Source of the DNA: an uncultured Alphaproteobacteria bacterium
Lineage (GTDB): Bacteria > Pseudomonadota > Alphaproteobacteria > Rhizobiales > Xanthobacteraceae
Assembly: GCA_963707615.1 (NCBI GenBank)
Contig: CAVPQT010000005.1
Span: 11,850 to 75,849, forward strand
Length of the DNA: 64,000 nucleotides
Reading direction: 5' to 3'
Shown here: in pieces, positions 35,431 to 45,876 of the stretch
Layout of the letters: the number at the start of each line of letters is the position of its first letter
Position numbering within the stretch: the first letter of the stretch is position 1
The notes under the pieces: generated by a model
Told to the model about the DNA's origin: nothing
What the model saw: only the letters and a program-made list of their open reading frames with translations
The model's database searches: none
Made by a program: the position numbers and the translations under genes

Positions 35431-36357
35431 TCAGGCGTCGGCGTGCAGACACCAGGCCAGCAGACCCTTCTGGGCATGCAGCCGGTTCTCGGCTTCATCG
35501 AAAACCACCGACCGCGGTCCATCGATGACCTCGTCAGTGACTTCCTCCCCGCGATGCGCCGGCAGGCAATGCATGAACAGCGCATCGGGTTTGGCCTTGG
35601 CCATCAGGCTGGCATTGACCTGGTAGCGCTTGAGGATGTTGTGACGGTGCTTGCCGTCACGATCGCCCATGGACACCCAGGTGTCGGTGACCACGCAGTC
35701 GGCATCTTTGACGGCAGCGTCGGGGTCTTCGCCGATCATGATCGCGGCGCCCGACGATTTGACCCAATCCATCAGCCATTTCTTCGGCCGCAATTCGGTG
35801 GGCGTCGCCACCCGCAGCTGAAAGTCGAAGCGCTCGGCCGCGTGCATCCAGCTCGCCAGAACATTGTTGGAATCGCCGGTCCAGGCCACCGTGCAGCCGC
35901 GGATCGGCCCACGCTTTTCCTCAAATGTCATCACGTCGGCCAGCACCTGGCACGGGTGCGAGCGCCGTGTCAGTCCGTTGATGACCGGAATGGTCGCATG
36001 CCGCGCGAGCTCGGCCACCGCCTCATGGTCGAGGATGCGGATCATGATGGCGTCGACGTAGCGCGAGAGAACGCGCGCCGTATCGGCAAGCGTTTCTCCG
36101 CGGCCGAGCTGCATTTCCTGCGCCGTCAGCAGAATGGCTTCGCCGCCTAGCTGACGCATTGCGACATCAAATGAAACGCGGGTACGCGTCGACGGCTTGT
36201 CGAACACCATGGCCAGCGTTTTCCCAGCGAGCGGCGCCTTGTGAACACCGCTTGAGCGCTCGGCCTTCATGGCACGGCTGCTGTCGATCAACCCGCCAAG
36301 CACCGGCTTCGGGATGTCGGTCAGGTCGAGGAAATGCCGGACGCCATTCCCGGTCAT
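35431..36357 (-). CDS. argF: Ornithine carbamoyltransferase
   Basis: [17 protein letters not shown] and [10 protein letters not shown] motifs. The start chosen is [12 protein letters not shown], giving a 4-nt overlap with the argD stop. Confidence 0.93.
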   Translation of the reverse strand: MTGNGVRHFLDLTDIPKPVLGGLIDSSRAMKAERSSGVHKAPLAGKTLAMVFDKPSTRTRVSFDVAMRQLGGEAILLTAQEMQLGRGETLADTARVLSRYVDAIMIRILDHEAVAELARHATIPVINGLTRRSHPCQVLADVMTFEEKRGPIRGCTVAWTGDSNNVLASWMHAAERFDFQLRVATPTELRPKKWLMDWVKSSGAAIMIGEDPDAAVKDADCVVTDTWVSMGDRDGKHRHNILKRYQVNASLMAKAKPDALFMHCLPAHRGEEVTDEVIDGPRSVVFDEAENRLHAQKGLLAWCLHADA

Positions 36358-37553
36358 GACGCCACCTTCGCCCGCGCATGTGTCTTCGCGAGACGCGCAC
36401 AGGCTCTGTCGATGCATCCGACCGCTTCGGCGATCTCTTTTTCGCCGATGATGAGTGGCGGCAGCAACCGCACGACGTTGTCGCCCGCCGCGACCGTGAT
36501 CATTTTCTCGGCGCGCAATTCGTCGACCATTTCCGAGGCCTGCGGCACCATCCGCAGACCGATCAGCAGGCCTTCACCGCGCACTTCGGCAATAACCGAA
36601 GAATGCCGGTCCTTCAATTCGGCGAGCCGCTGCTTGAGCAGCAGCGCGTTCTTGCGCATCCGCTCGAGGAAACCGTCAGCCATGACGACGTCGAGCACGG
36701 CGTTGCCGACGGCCATGGCCAGCGGATTGCCACCGAAGGTCGAGCCGTGCGTGCCCACGGTCATTCCCTTGGACGCCTCCGCCGTAGCGAGACACGCGCC
36801 GATCGGGAACCCGCCACCGAGCGCTTTTGCCAACGCCATGACGTCGGGCTTAACCCCGCTGCGTTCGTAGGCGAACATCTCGCCGGTGCGCGCAATGCCG
36901 GTCTGCACTTCGTCGAACACCAACAGAAGTCCGTGCTGATCGCAGAGCTGGCGCAATGCACGCAGAAACGTCGGCGACGCGACCCGCACGCCACCTTCGC
37001 CCTGGATCGGCTCGATCAGGATCGCCGCCGTTTGTGGACCGATCGCCTTTTTGACCGCCTCGATGTCACCGAAGGGCACCTGATCGAAGCCCTCGACCGG
37101 TGGGCCGAAACCATCGAGATATTTCTTGTTGCCGGTCGCGGCGATGGTCGTCAGCGTGCGGCCGTGAAAGGCACCCTCGAAGGTGATAATGCGGTAGCGT
37201 TCGGGCTTGCCGGATGCGGACTGATACTTGCGCGCGAGCTTGATCGCGCATTCCAGCGCCTCCGCGCCCGAATTCTGGAAAAAGACAGTGTCAGCGAAGC
37301 TTGCCGCGCACAGCCGATCAGCCAGCCGCTCGCCCTCAGGGATCCGGTAGAGATTTGAGACGTGCCAGACCTTCTGGGCCTGTTCGGTCAGAGCCTTGAC
37401 CAGGTGGGGGTGCGCATGCCCGAGCACATTGACCGCCACACCGGAAGTGAAGTCGAGGTAGCGCTCACCCTGCGCCGTATACAGCCATGCGCCTTCGCCC
37501 CGCTCGAAAGCGAGGTCGACCCGTGCATAGGTTGGCAACAAATGCGAGCTCAC
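36354..37553 (-). CDS. argD: Acetylornithine (succinylornithine-type) aminotransferase
   Basis: Class-III aminotransferase ([27 protein letters not shown]). GTG start. Confidence 0.9.
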   Translation of the reverse strand: MSSHLLPTYARVDLAFERGEGAWLYTAQGERYLDFTSGVAVNVLGHAHPHLVKALTEQAQKVWHVSNLYRIPEGERLADRLCAASFADTVFFQNSGAEALECAIKLARKYQSASGKPERYRIITFEGAFHGRTLTTIAATGNKKYLDGFGPPVEGFDQVPFGDIEAVKKAIGPQTAAILIEPIQGEGGVRVASPTFLRALRQLCDQHGLLLVFDEVQTGIARTGEMFAYERSGVKPDVMALAKALGGGFPIGACLATAEASKGMTVGTHGSTFGGNPLAMAVGNAVLDVVMADGFLERMRKNALLLKQRLAELKDRHSSVIAEVRGEGLLIGLRMVPQASEMVDELRAEKMITVAAGDNVVRLLPPLIIGEKEIAEAVGCIDRACARLAKTHARAKVAS

Positions 37554-37646
37554 GGCCAGCTTCTTCCATCGACTATTTTCGTCTTCGCATGACCATTTCT
37601 AGCTGTTGACCACTGCTTTTCGGGGTCATGCGCGCCGAAAAGAAAT

Positions 37647-37674
37647 GTGCCGCCTCGCCGGGCGGCACTTTTTT
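37647..37674 (+). terminator. Orphan intrinsic terminator in the argD-gcrA gap
   Basis: GTGCCGCC/GGCGGCAC 8-bp stem with a 6-nt loop, then T6. A second hairpin CTTTTCGG/CCGAAAAG (37616-37642) precedes it. No + strand CDS lies upstream. Confidence 0.55.
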
Positions 37675-37955
37675 CATTCTATTGCCGGGCCCAACGGTGT
37701 CAATCAACCCGACTCAGACGTGCCGTAAACGCCGATTCTAAAGGAAAACCTGTTGGTAGCTAGCCTTCATGGCGTGCCGGCGCTTGCGGCTGAGTCACTG
37801 CCTATTGTAGCCTAAAGGCCAGTTAGTACGACATATCGTGCTACCGAAGGATTTCTAGTCCATCCCTGACGCGTACAGCGTGGGGCGCCCGATGGGGCGT
37901 CTGACGACAGGGTTGGATTCCATCCAAGGCCTTGATCCCTGGGGAGAAAAACGAA

Positions 37956-38444
37956 ATGGGCTGGACGGACGAGAGGGTGGAGCTTTTGAAGAAACTCTGG
38001 GCGGACGGGCTCTCCGCCAGCCAGATCGCCGCTGAACTCGGCGGCATCACGCGCAATGCCGTCATTGGCAAGGTGCACCGCTTGGGTCTCTCTGGGCGGG
38101 CCAAGAGCCCCTCCTCGACGGCGCCAAGGCCACGCAAGGCCCGCTCTTCGGGTCACATGATGCGGGTGCCCCGGCCCTCGATGCGGGGCAATACCGCGCT
38201 CGCCTATGACTATGACGTCGAGCCCGAGCCGGAGCTTCTCGAAATACCGGCCGAGCAGCGCAAGACCCTTCTGCAACTGACGGAAAAGACCTGCCGGTGG
38301 CCTGTCGGCGACCCCGGCAGCACGGACTTCTTCTTCTGTGGCGGGGACACGGCAAACGACCTGCCCTATTGCTCCTATCACAGCCGGGTTGCCTACCAGC
38401 CGATGAATGATCGGCGGCGCGACAAGCGGCAGTTCAGGAACTGA
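37956..38444 (+). CDS. gcrA: Cell-cycle transcriptional regulator GcrA
   Basis: MGWTDERVELLKKLWADGLSASQIAAELGGITRNAVIGKVHRLGL and C-terminal CRWPVGDP...FCG....PYC. Confidence 0.92.
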   Translation: MGWTDERVELLKKLWADGLSASQIAAELGGITRNAVIGKVHRLGLSGRAKSPSSTAPRPRKARSSGHMMRVPRPSMRGNTALAYDYDVEPEPELLEIPAEQRKTLLQLTEKTCRWPVGDPGSTDFFFCGGDTANDLPYCSYHSRVAYQPMNDRRRDKRQFRN

Positions 38445-38482
38445 GCACCTACACTCTCTTTGGGATTGGTTCCCGCCCTGAC

Positions 38483-38503
38483 GGCCGCGCACATGTCGCG
38501 GCC
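38483..38503. terminator. Hairpin between convergent gcrA and the DUF3606 gene
   Basis: GGCCGCG cacatgt CGCGGCC 7-bp stem. The T-tract is weak. Confidence 0.3.
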
Positions 38504-38526
38504 CTCAGTTTGTCGGCGACGCGCAA

Positions 38527-38706
38527 CTACATCTTGTCGAGCGCCGCGTAGACCTTCTTGCGGCTGTTGCCGACGCGCTTGATGACCTTGCGGACCGTAT
38601 CCGCGCTGACGCCGTACTTCCGCGCAACGTAATAGACTTCGTACGGTTCACTTCCGGAGACTCTGGAGCGATCCGCTTTTCCGCGCTTCCGCTTACTGTC
38701 GGCCAT
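38527..38706 (-). CDS. DUF3606-domain small protein (59 aa, below the ORF-track cutoff)
   Basis: My translation is MADSKRKRGKADRSRVSGSEPYEVYYVARKYGVSADTVRKVIKRVGNSRKKVYAALDKM. AAGGAG lies 6 nt before the ATG. The EPYEV.Y...K.GVS...V...I..VG pattern matches DUF3606. Confidence 0.75.
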   Translation of the reverse strand: MADSKRKRGKADRSRVSGSEPYEVYYVARKYGVSADTVRKVIKRVGNSRKKVYAALDKM

Positions 38707-38853
38707 TTGCTTCTCCTTTGCCTCAACTCACTTCAGCAATTGAAAAACGCGAGCACTCTATCATTCGCCAATGCTCGGCGTACATCTCTATTCGACGACG
38801 AGGCCGGCATGGCGAACGGGATGAAATCAATCCTGCAATAAATTCTTGCCGCC

Positions 38854-39843
38854 TCATTCGATCAAACGGTCGGCAAGACCGAGCAGTTGTGACGGTATTG
38901 TTACGCCGAGTGTCTTCGCCGTCCCGAGATTGACGATGAAAGTGAATTTGGTTGGCTGCTCGATTGGCAGATTGCCCGGCTTGGCACCCTTCAGAATCTT
39001 GTCGACATAGGTGGCGGCGCGCCTGTGCATGTCCTCGTAGCTCGGGCCGTATGACATCAAGCCTCCGGCTTCGACGAGCTCCTCGTAGGCATTGATGCTC
39101 GGCAGCCGTTGCTCGACGGCAAAGTCCGCGATGCGCTGGCGATTGTGGAGAAAAACCCTGTCCGCAAGGATGAACAGGCCGTCCGGCCGGTCCTTACGCA
39201 GGGCGGCCAAAACCCCGTCAATATCGTCGGATTTATGAACGTCCAGCTGTTGCAGCTTTATGCCCAGGGTTTGCGCGGCGGCGAGCGCCTGACGCACCGA
39301 GGCAATATGAAACGGATTGAGGGAATTGATTAGCATCACGACATGAGAAAGCCCGGGCACGACTTCGCGCAGCAACTGAAGCCGTTTCCCTTCGAGGTCG
39401 GGCGCAATCGAACTTAGCCCGGTCAGTTTGCCTCCGGGGTGCGCCAGATTCTCCACAAGGCCTGTTCCGACAGGGTCGCCGACGGCAACCATGACAAGTG
39501 GAATGTTCGTCGGGTTTTGCTTCACCGCCAGCGCCGCCGGCGTGCCGGCCGTGACAATCACGTCGACTTTGGCCGCAACCAATTCGGAAACCAGCGTCGA
39601 AAAACGATCGTACTGCCCGTCGGCCCAGAGATATTTGATCTTGATGTTGCGGCCTTCTTCGTAGCCGGCTTCACGCAGGCCTTCGCGAAACGCGTTGAGC
39701 AGATTGGCTTCCAACGCCGCGGTGGAGTTGCCCATGAAGCCGATGAGGTATATTTTCTGCTGCGCGTGCGCGGCGAATGTCCAAGGGGCGGTTAAGGAGG
39801 CGGCCGCTCCACCCACCAGGGAAATGAACTCGCGCCGTCGCAT
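38854..39843 (-). CDS. ABC_sub_bind (PF04392-like) substrate-binding protein, last gene of the kinase operon
   Basis: MRRREFISLVGG...AHAQQ leader, IKYLWADGQYDRF, C-terminal GVTIPSQLLGLADRLIE. It starts 40 nt downstream of the receiver gene, with no transporter genes nearby. Confidence 0.85.
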   Translation of the reverse strand: MRRREFISLVGGAAASLTAPWTFAAHAQQKIYLIGFMGNSTAALEANLLNAFREGLREAGYEEGRNIKIKYLWADGQYDRFSTLVSELVAAKVDVIVTAGTPAALAVKQNPTNIPLVMVAVGDPVGTGLVENLAHPGGKLTGLSSIAPDLEGKRLQLLREVVPGLSHVVMLINSLNPFHIASVRQALAAAQTLGIKLQQLDVHKSDDIDGVLAALRKDRPDGLFILADRVFLHNRQRIADFAVEQRLPSINAYEELVEAGGLMSYGPSYEDMHRRAATYVDKILKGAKPGNLPIEQPTKFTFIVNLGTAKTLGVTIPSQLLGLADRLIE

Positions 39844-39883
39844 TACGCCCCCACAGGCTCAGGTACGCTCCAATCGCGAGCCG

Positions 39884-40273
39884 TCAGGCGGCTCCGGCGA
39901 CGCGCGTGTCGATTTCGGTTCGCAGCAGCGCAAAATCTATGGGCTTGGTGAGAAGCGCTTCTGCGCCTCCCTCCATTGCCTTGCGTTTGGTCTCCGCATC
40001 GCCATAGGCCGTGATCATGATGACCGGAACGTCTGGCCGCGCTGCCTTGGCCTTGGGCAACAATTCAAGCCCCGTCATCCCGGGCATGTTGATGTCGGAC
40101 AAAATCAATATGAGCGACGCAGTCCGCGCGTCACTGATGCATTGCAGTGCCGCGGGAGCGGATTGTGCAAATTCCATGAGAAATCGGCCGGAACGCAGAT
40201 CACGCCGAAACTGCTGGCGAAACAGCATTTCAACATCGGGCTCATCATCGACCACAAGAATAAGAACGGTCAC
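39884..40273 (-). CDS. Single-domain (CheY-like) response regulator
   Basis: VVDDEPD acidic pocket, phospho-acceptor in LSDINMPG, and LTKP lysine. No output domain. Confidence 0.9.
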   Translation of the reverse strand: MTVLILVVDDEPDVEMLFRQQFRRDLRSGRFLMEFAQSAPAALQCISDARTASLILILSDINMPGMTGLELLPKAKAARPDVPVIMITAYGDAETKRKAMEGGAEALLTKPIDFALLRTEIDTRVAGAA

Positions 40274-43200
40274 GCTCGTGCTCCTGATTTTGCAATTGAT
40301 GCCGCGGTGCGGGGAAGAACAATCCTGAACTCGGTGAATTCGCCCGGCCGCGTATCGACTTCGATTGAGCCGGCGTGCTGTTTGACAATGATATCGTGAC
40401 TGATGGAGAGGCCAAGCCCCGTTCCTTCTCCCGCGGGTTTGGTTGTGAAGAACGGGTTGAACATCTTGTCCTTCACTTCGGGCGGGATGCCGGTCCCGTT
40501 GTCACGTATTCTGATCTCGACCCGGTCGCCGAGATTTTTGGTCGCCGCGGCGAGAATAGGTTCATAGCCGTTATCGCCAGTCTGGTCCTTGCGCTTCGTT
40601 GCCGCATAGAAGCCGTTCGATATGAGGTTGAGCAGGACGCGCGTGATTTCCTGTGGAAACAGATCGACTTCGCCTGCCGTCGGATCGAATGAACGATCAA
40701 GGGTGATGTTGAAGCCCTGCTTTTCGGCGCGAGCGCCGTGATAGGCAAGATTGAGGCTCTCCTCCACCACGGCATTGATGTCGACGGGTCGGTGCTCGCC
40801 GGAGCCCGTCCGCGAATGCAGCAGCATGTTCTTGACGATTGAATTGGCGCGTTTGCCGTGCTGCACGACCTTGTCGAGATTGCCCTGCAGCATGTCGGCG
40901 ATCTCGTTGATTTCCTCGCGCAACTTATCGTTCACAGTGGCTCCAGTAAGCGCCTGGCGCAGTTCATCGATCAACTCGACCGATACCGACGAGAAATTGT
41001 TGACGAAATTGAGCGGGTTTTTGATTTCGTGCGCGATACCGGCGGTCAGTTGTCCGAGCGACGCGAGCTTCTCGGTCTGGACCAGGCGATCCTGCGCTGT
41101 ACGCAATTCCTCCAGCGATTTTCCCAGCTCACGCGTGCGCGTTTCCACGCTTTCGAACAGGCGGACGTTCTCGATGGCGATCGCCGCCTGGTCGGCAAAG
41201 GTCGTCACGAGTTCGATCTGCTTGTCGGTAAAGGGCCGCACCTCGTGACGCGTTAGCGCCAGAACGCCGATGGCGGCGCCTTCGCGCAGCATGGGAACGC
41301 TCAGAATTGTGCGGAAGTCACCGAATTTCTGCGCCTCGACAAAGGTGTATTCAGGGTCGGCCTTCACGTCGGGAATGTGGACAAGCTTTCCCTCGAGCAG
41401 TGCCCGTCCGGTCGCCGTGCCACGTTCCAGCTTCACCGGCAGGTCTCTGACCAGTTCGTTGAATTGCTCAGAGAAGCCGTAGCTCGCCGCGCGCTTGAAT
41501 ACCCCGCCCTGCTCACGGGCGATGGTCCCCTGGTCCGCCTCGCAGAGCCGGGCGGCGGCTTCGACCAGTGCCTGCAGCACGGTCTGCAGGTCGAATGTCG
41601 AACGGCTGATCACCTTGAGCACGTCGGCGGTCGCGGTTTGCTGTTGCAGCGTCTCGCGCAGCTCGGTGAGCAGGCGGGTGTTTTCGATGGCGATCACCGC
41701 CTGGGCAGCGAAGTTCTGCATCAGTTCGATCTGCTTGGTGCTGAACGGGCGCACCTCCTGGCGATAGACATTGATGGCGCCGATGATCGCGCCTTCTTTC
41801 AGCATGGGGACCGCCATCAAGGTCCGGGCGCCGGCGACATCGACGAGTTCGAGGATGCGCGGGTCTTTCGCGAGATAGGACTCATCCGTCCGCAGATCGG
41901 GGTAGTGGATGACCTCTCCCGTCTTGGCCAGCCGGGCGAGCGGAATTATCGGATGTTCTCGCAAATCGATATCGGGATTTTGCCGCAAGTCGGCGTACTT
42001 TTCCTTGCTGTGCACCGCCACTGCCCGGAATTTGGACCCGTCACGCAGGAAAAGATTGCCGTAAGCAGCGTCGCAAATGCGCGTCGCATTGGCCAGCATG
42101 GCGTTGAAGACGGGCTCGAGGTTGCCGTGTGAGCTCGAGATGACTCGCAGCACCTCGGAGGTTGCCGTCTGCTGCTCGAGAGCCTCGCTAAGTTCGTGGG
42201 TGCGAACCTCGACTTTCTTCTCGAGGTCGGAATAGGAATCCTGCAAGCGTCCGGCCATGTCGTTGAACTGGTCGGCCAGCGCTTCAAGCTCGTCGCCCGA
42301 TTTGATCGAGATGCGTTGCGCAAGATCGCCGCCGCCGATGCGCGCGGCACCCGTTCGCAGTGCCTGAATCGGCACCACCATCCTGCGCGCGAGGAATATC
42401 CCCGCGAGCGCCGCCAGGCACAGCGCGCCGATCAGAACCAGCGCCGTGCGCTGGATCGATGCGATCAGCGGCTGATAGGCCTCCTCGACGGGAAGCTCGA
42501 CGAACACGGTCCAGCCAAGCGGCGCGACAGGCGCGAAGGCTGTCAGCACTCTCCGTCCCTGGATGTCGGTTGCGGTCTCGATGTCTTCCACCGGACCGCC
42601 TTTTTCCGCTCGCTGCGCGGCCTGGACCTGCGCAAGTTTCGTCATGTCCGTATTGCGCAGAACGAGGCTGATGTCCGGATGCGAGATGAGGCGTCCTTGC
42701 GCGTCCACCACGTAGGCCTGGCCGCGCTCGCCAACCTTGATCTTGGAGACGACGTCCCAGATCAGCTTCAGGTTGACTTCAGCGATGCTGACGCCGGCGT
42801 CGCGACGCGTGCCGGCAAGCGACAGCGTCATGTACGGTTCGGACTCGCGGCGGAAATAGACCGGGCCGTAATAGATCTTGTTTTTCACCGCCTCGGTGAA
42901 CTTCGGCTCCTTGGACAGGTCGAGACCGCTGCCGACCACATCCATCGCCAGGCGCGATACGCGAAGCTGTTCCTTGCCGCTTGCATCGACCTGCGAAAGT
43001 TCGGTGATGGCCGGAACCTGGCGCAACAGACGTAGCGCATCGAACCGGCGCTGTTCAGTGGTGGCGGCAGACCAGAGCAATTGCGTGGTCCAGCCAACCT
43101 GACTTTCGATTTCCTTGATGAACTGACCGATCTTGGCCGCGGCGGCTTCCGCCTGCTCGTGCTGGATGCGGATCAGCGACTCTTTGTTTTCGCGATACGA

Positions 43201-43344
43201 GCCCCAGATTTCGAAAACGCCGTTGACCAGCAACGCCAGGCACACGACGGCAACGAACAGCCCGGTATATTTGAGAAAAAGCCGGCTACGAATCTTCGAC
43301 CGCGCCGGTGCGGCAGGTTGAGCGGGCGCAGCGTAGTCCGTCAT
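40270..43344 (-). CDS. Cache-HAMP-GAF-GAF sensor histidine kinase
   Basis: TM1, a periplasmic Cache-like domain, TM2, and HAMP ([10 protein letters not shown]). Two GAF-like modules each open with [13 protein letters not shown] / [14 protein letters not shown]-box [12 protein letters not shown] box [10 protein letters not shown] boxes DNGTGIP and [10 protein letters not shown]. Confidence 0.9.
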   Translation of the reverse strand: MTDYAAPAQPAAPARSKIRSRLFLKYTGLFVAVVCLALLVNGVFEIWGSYRENKESLIRIQHEQAEAAAAKIGQFIKEIESQVGWTTQLLWSAATTEQRRFDALRLLRQVPAITELSQVDASGKEQLRVSRLAMDVVGSGLDLSKEPKFTEAVKNKIYYGPVYFRRESEPYMTLSLAGTRRDAGVSIAEVNLKLIWDVVSKIKVGERGQAYVVDAQGRLISHPDISLVLRNTDMTKLAQVQAAQRAEKGGPVEDIETATDIQGRRVLTAFAPVAPLGWTVFVELPVEEAYQPLIASIQRTALVLIGALCLAALAGIFLARRMVVPIQALRTGAARIGGGDLAQRISIKSGDELEALADQFNDMAGRLQDSYSDLEKKVEVRTHELSEALEQQTATSEVLRVISSSHGNLEPVFNAMLANATRICDAAYGNLFLRDGSKFRAVAVHSKEKYADLRQNPDIDLREHPIIPLARLAKTGEVIHYPDLRTDESYLAKDPRILELVDVAGARTLMAVPMLKEGAIIGAINVYRQEVRPFSTKQIELMQNFAAQAVIAIENTRLLTELRETLQQQTATADVLKVISRSTFDLQTVLQALVEAAARLCEADQGTIAREQGGVFKRAASYGFSEQFNELVRDLPVKLERGTATGRALLEGKLVHIPDVKADPEYTFVEAQKFGDFRTILSVPMLREGAAIGVLALTRHEVRPFTDKQIELVTTFADQAAIAIENVRLFESVETRTRELGKSLEELRTAQDRLVQTEKLASLGQLTAGIAHEIKNPLNFVNNFSSVSVELIDELRQALTGATVNDKLREEINEIADMLQGNLDKVVQHGKRANSIVKNMLLHSRTGSGEHRPVDINAVVEESLNLAYHGARAEKQGFNITLDRSFDPTAGEVDLFPQEITRVLLNLISNGFYAATKRKDQTGDNGYEPILAAATKNLGDRVEIRIRDNGTGIPPEVKDKMFNPFFTTKPAGEGTGLGLSISHDIIVKQHAGSIEVDTRPGEFTEFRIVLPRTAASIAKSGARA

Positions 43345-43579
43345 CCGGTCACCTGGTCAGTGATCGGAATACACCGTGCCATTTGCGCTTGCTGCAACGC
43401 GCGTGCAGCAGCCCAAGCCGCAAAGACGCTGATATCCAGCCGGCGCACGCAACGACCCCCTGTTGCCGTCAACCTTGCCAGTCGCGGCTTAAAACATAGC
43501 AGAATGGGGGGCGACAGAAAGGGATGACAAGGTGAGCATTTGACGCGCTTTGCAGCCGTCTCGGGGCTGTTTGCCCCGC

Positions 43580-44281
43580 TTAGTTCATCCGACCGAAGCG
43601 ATCGTCGAGCGCATAACCGGCCCCGCGCACGGTCCGGATCGGGTCGGCCATATGGCCACGGTTGATCGCCTTGCGCAGGCGGCCGACATGCACATCGACC
43701 GTTCTTTCGTCGATGTAGATGTCCGAACCCCAGACGCCATCGAGCAACTGCTCGCGGGAAAACACCCGCCCCGGCCGTTCCATCAGGAATTCGAGCAACC
43801 GGTATTCGGTCGGCCCGAGATCGACCGGACGGCCATTGCGCGAGACCCTTTTCTTTTCGCGATCAAGTTCGATGTCGCCGATGCTGAGTATGGTCGCGAC
43901 ACGTTCCGGATTGGCCCGGCGCAGCAATGCGCGTACCCGCGCCAGCAATTCAGGTACCGAGAATGGCTTGACGATGTAGTCGTCGGCGCCGGTCGCGAGC
44001 CCGCGAACCTTTTCACTCTCCTCGCCGCGCGCGGTGAGCATGATGATCGGCAGTTGGCGGGTCTCCGGGCGCGCGCGCAGCCGGCGGCACAATTCGATGC
44101 CGGAAAGACCCGGCAGCATCCAGTCGAGGACCACCAGGTCGGGCGTGCTTTCCTTCAATCGCGTATCAGCTTCGTCGCCGCGTGCCGAAGTTTCAACCTC
44201 GTAGCCCTCGGCTTCGAGGTTATAGCGAAGCAACATTGTCAAAGGCTCTTCGTCTTCGACAATGAGGATGCGCGCGCTCAT
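43580..44281 (-). CDS. phoB: Phosphate regulon response regulator PhoB
   Basis: Receiver domain plus an OmpR/PhoB winged-helix (TVDVHVGRLRKA). The start chosen is MSARILIVEDEEP. Confidence 0.93.
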   Translation of the reverse strand: MSARILIVEDEEPLTMLLRYNLEAEGYEVETSARGDEADTRLKESTPDLVVLDWMLPGLSGIELCRRLRARPETRQLPIIMLTARGEESEKVRGLATGADDYIVKPFSVPELLARVRALLRRANPERVATILSIGDIELDREKKRVSRNGRPVDLGPTEYRLLEFLMERPGRVFSREQLLDGVWGSDIYIDERTVDVHVGRLRKAINRGHMADPIRTVRGAGYALDDRFGRMN

Positions 44282-44305
44282 GCGAAATCCGTTGTCCATC
44301 TACTG

Positions 44306-45022
44306 CTACCCCGTGCGCAGCGCGGCGATGGTCGTCGTATCGCCTTTCGGGCGCTGATCGGCAATCGGGTGTCCCTCGATGATATAGTGGACCGTCTCCG
44401 CGATATTGGTCGCATGGTCGCCCATGCGCTCGATGTTCTTGGCGCAGAACATCAGATGGATGCAGAAGGTGATATTGCGCGGATCTTCCATCATGTAGGT
44501 GAGCAGCTCGCGGAATACCGACGTGCAGACCGCGTCGATTTCCTCGTCGCCACGCCATACGGCCATGGCCTTGGTGATATCGCGCCCGCCATAGGCGTCG
44601 AGCACGAGCTTCATTTGCTGGAGCACGAGATCGGTCATGTGCTCGACGCCGCGGATCAGCTTGGGCGGCGGGAACTCGCCGTTCAGGGCCATCACCCGCT
44701 TGGCGATGTTCTTTGCCAGATCACCGATGCGCTCGAGGTCGTTGGCGAGCCGCAGGGCCCCGACGACTTCGCGCAGGTCTACCGCCATGGGCTGGCGCCT
44801 GGCGATGATGAGCACCGCTCTTTCCTCAATCTCGCGCTGCAGGGCATCGATATTCGCATCGGCCAGCGATACACGTTGTGCCAGCGCAGTATCGCGCTTT
44901 GCCAGTGCATCGACCGAGTCGGCGACCTGTTTCTCGGCGAGGCCGCCCATTTCAGCGACCATGCGGTTGAGATCCTGCAGGTCGGTGTCGAAAGCCTTCA
45001 TCGTGTGGTCGGACATTGTCAT
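44306..45022 (-). CDS. phoU: Phosphate signalling protein PhoU
   Basis: Two PhoU repeats (LERIGDLAKNIA, IERMGDHATNIAE). Confidence 0.93.
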   Translation of the reverse strand: MTMSDHTMKAFDTDLQDLNRMVAEMGGLAEKQVADSVDALAKRDTALAQRVSLADANIDALQREIEERAVLIIARRQPMAVDLREVVGALRLANDLERIGDLAKNIAKRVMALNGEFPPPKLIRGVEHMTDLVLQQMKLVLDAYGGRDITKAMAVWRGDEEIDAVCTSVFRELLTYMMEDPRNITFCIHLMFCAKNIERMGDHATNIAETVHYIIEGHPIADQRPKGDTTTIAALRTG

Positions 45023-45060
45023 CTTTTGGTTATCCGCGTTTGGCGCATCGGAGTCATGCG

Positions 45061-45876
45061 CTAGCCAAAGCGTCCTGTAATGTAGTCTTGCGTGCGACGA
45101 TCGTTAGGGGTGGTGAAGATGCGGGTGGTCTCACCGAACTCGACCAGCTCGCCGAGGTACATGAAGGCCGTGAAATCGGATACGCGTGCGGCCTGCTGCA
45201 TGTTGTGGGTCACGATGGCGATCGTGTAGTCGTCCTTGAGTTCGTCGATCAGCTCTTCGATCTTCGCCGTCGAGATTGGATCGAGCGCCGAGCATGGCTC
45301 GTCGAACAGGATCACCTCCGGCCGCACCGCGACAGTCCGTGCGATGCACAGGCGTTGCTGCTGTCCGCCGGACAGCGAAAGCCCGTTTGCTCCGAGCTTG
45401 TCCTTGACCTCGTCCCAAAGCGCGGCGCGTTCGAGCGCGTGGCGGACACGGTCGTCGAGTTCCGATTTCGACAACCGCTCGTAAAGGCGAATCCCGAAGG
45501 CGATATTCTCGAAAATCGTCATCGGAAACGGCGTCGGCTTCTGGAACACCATTCCAACTTTGGCGCGTAGGAGGTTGAGATCCTGCGAGGGCGCCAGGAT
45601 GTTTGCGCTGTCGAGAGTCACGTGACCGGTCGCGCGCTGGTTCGGGTAAAGGTCGTACATGCGGTTCAGGATCCGCAGCAGTGTTGACTTGCCGCAGCCG
45701 GATGGCCCGATGAACGCGGTGACCTTGCCTCTATAGAGCGGCACGCTGATGCTCTTCAGCGCCCGATGATCCCCATAGAAGAAATCCAGGTTTCGGACCG
45801 AGATCTTTTCCGTCAGTTCTTCGTCCTTGGACAGACTATGGGTTACGGTCGGAACAGTGATGGCTGCTACACTCAT
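45061..45876 (-). CDS. pstB: Phosphate ABC transporter ATP-binding protein PstB
   Basis: [22 protein letters not shown] and [12 protein letters not shown]. The ATG at 45876 gives an ATGA overlap with the pstA stop. Confidence 0.94.
   Translation of the reverse strand: MSVAAITVPTVTHSLSKDEELTEKISVRNLDFFYGDHRALKSISVPLYRGKVTAFIGPSGCGKSTLLRILNRMYDLYPNQRATGHVTLDSANILAPSQDLNLLRAKVGMVFQKPTPFPMTIFENIAFGIRLYERLSKSELDDRVRHALERAALWDEVKDKLGANGLSLSGGQQQRLCIARTVAVRPEVILFDEPCSALDPISTAKIEELIDELKDDYTIAIVTHNMQQAARVSDFTAFMYLGELVEFGETTRIFTTPNDRRTQDYITGRFG

Noticed and set aside
37913-37927. TTGGA-ttcca-TCCAA dyad before gcrA as a fourth palindrome copy
   Set aside because: The arms are only 5 bp and the spacing is one bp shorter than in the three perfect copies, so I do not count it as the same motif.
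38505-38726. 73-aa track ORF
   Set aside because: It is Arg/Ser-rich with no SD. A different frame on the same strand encodes a convincing DUF3606 protein.
40375-43527. Several 100-280-aa + strand ORFs (for example 41377-42132 and 42196-43035)
   Set aside because: All are antisense to the 1024-aa histidine kinase gene, whose domain order is fully coherent.
43550-45064. 504-aa ORF on the + strand
   Set aside because: It lies exactly antisense to the well-conserved phoB and phoU genes. It is Arg/His/Gly-rich with no recognisable domain, which is a typical GC-rich antisense artefact.
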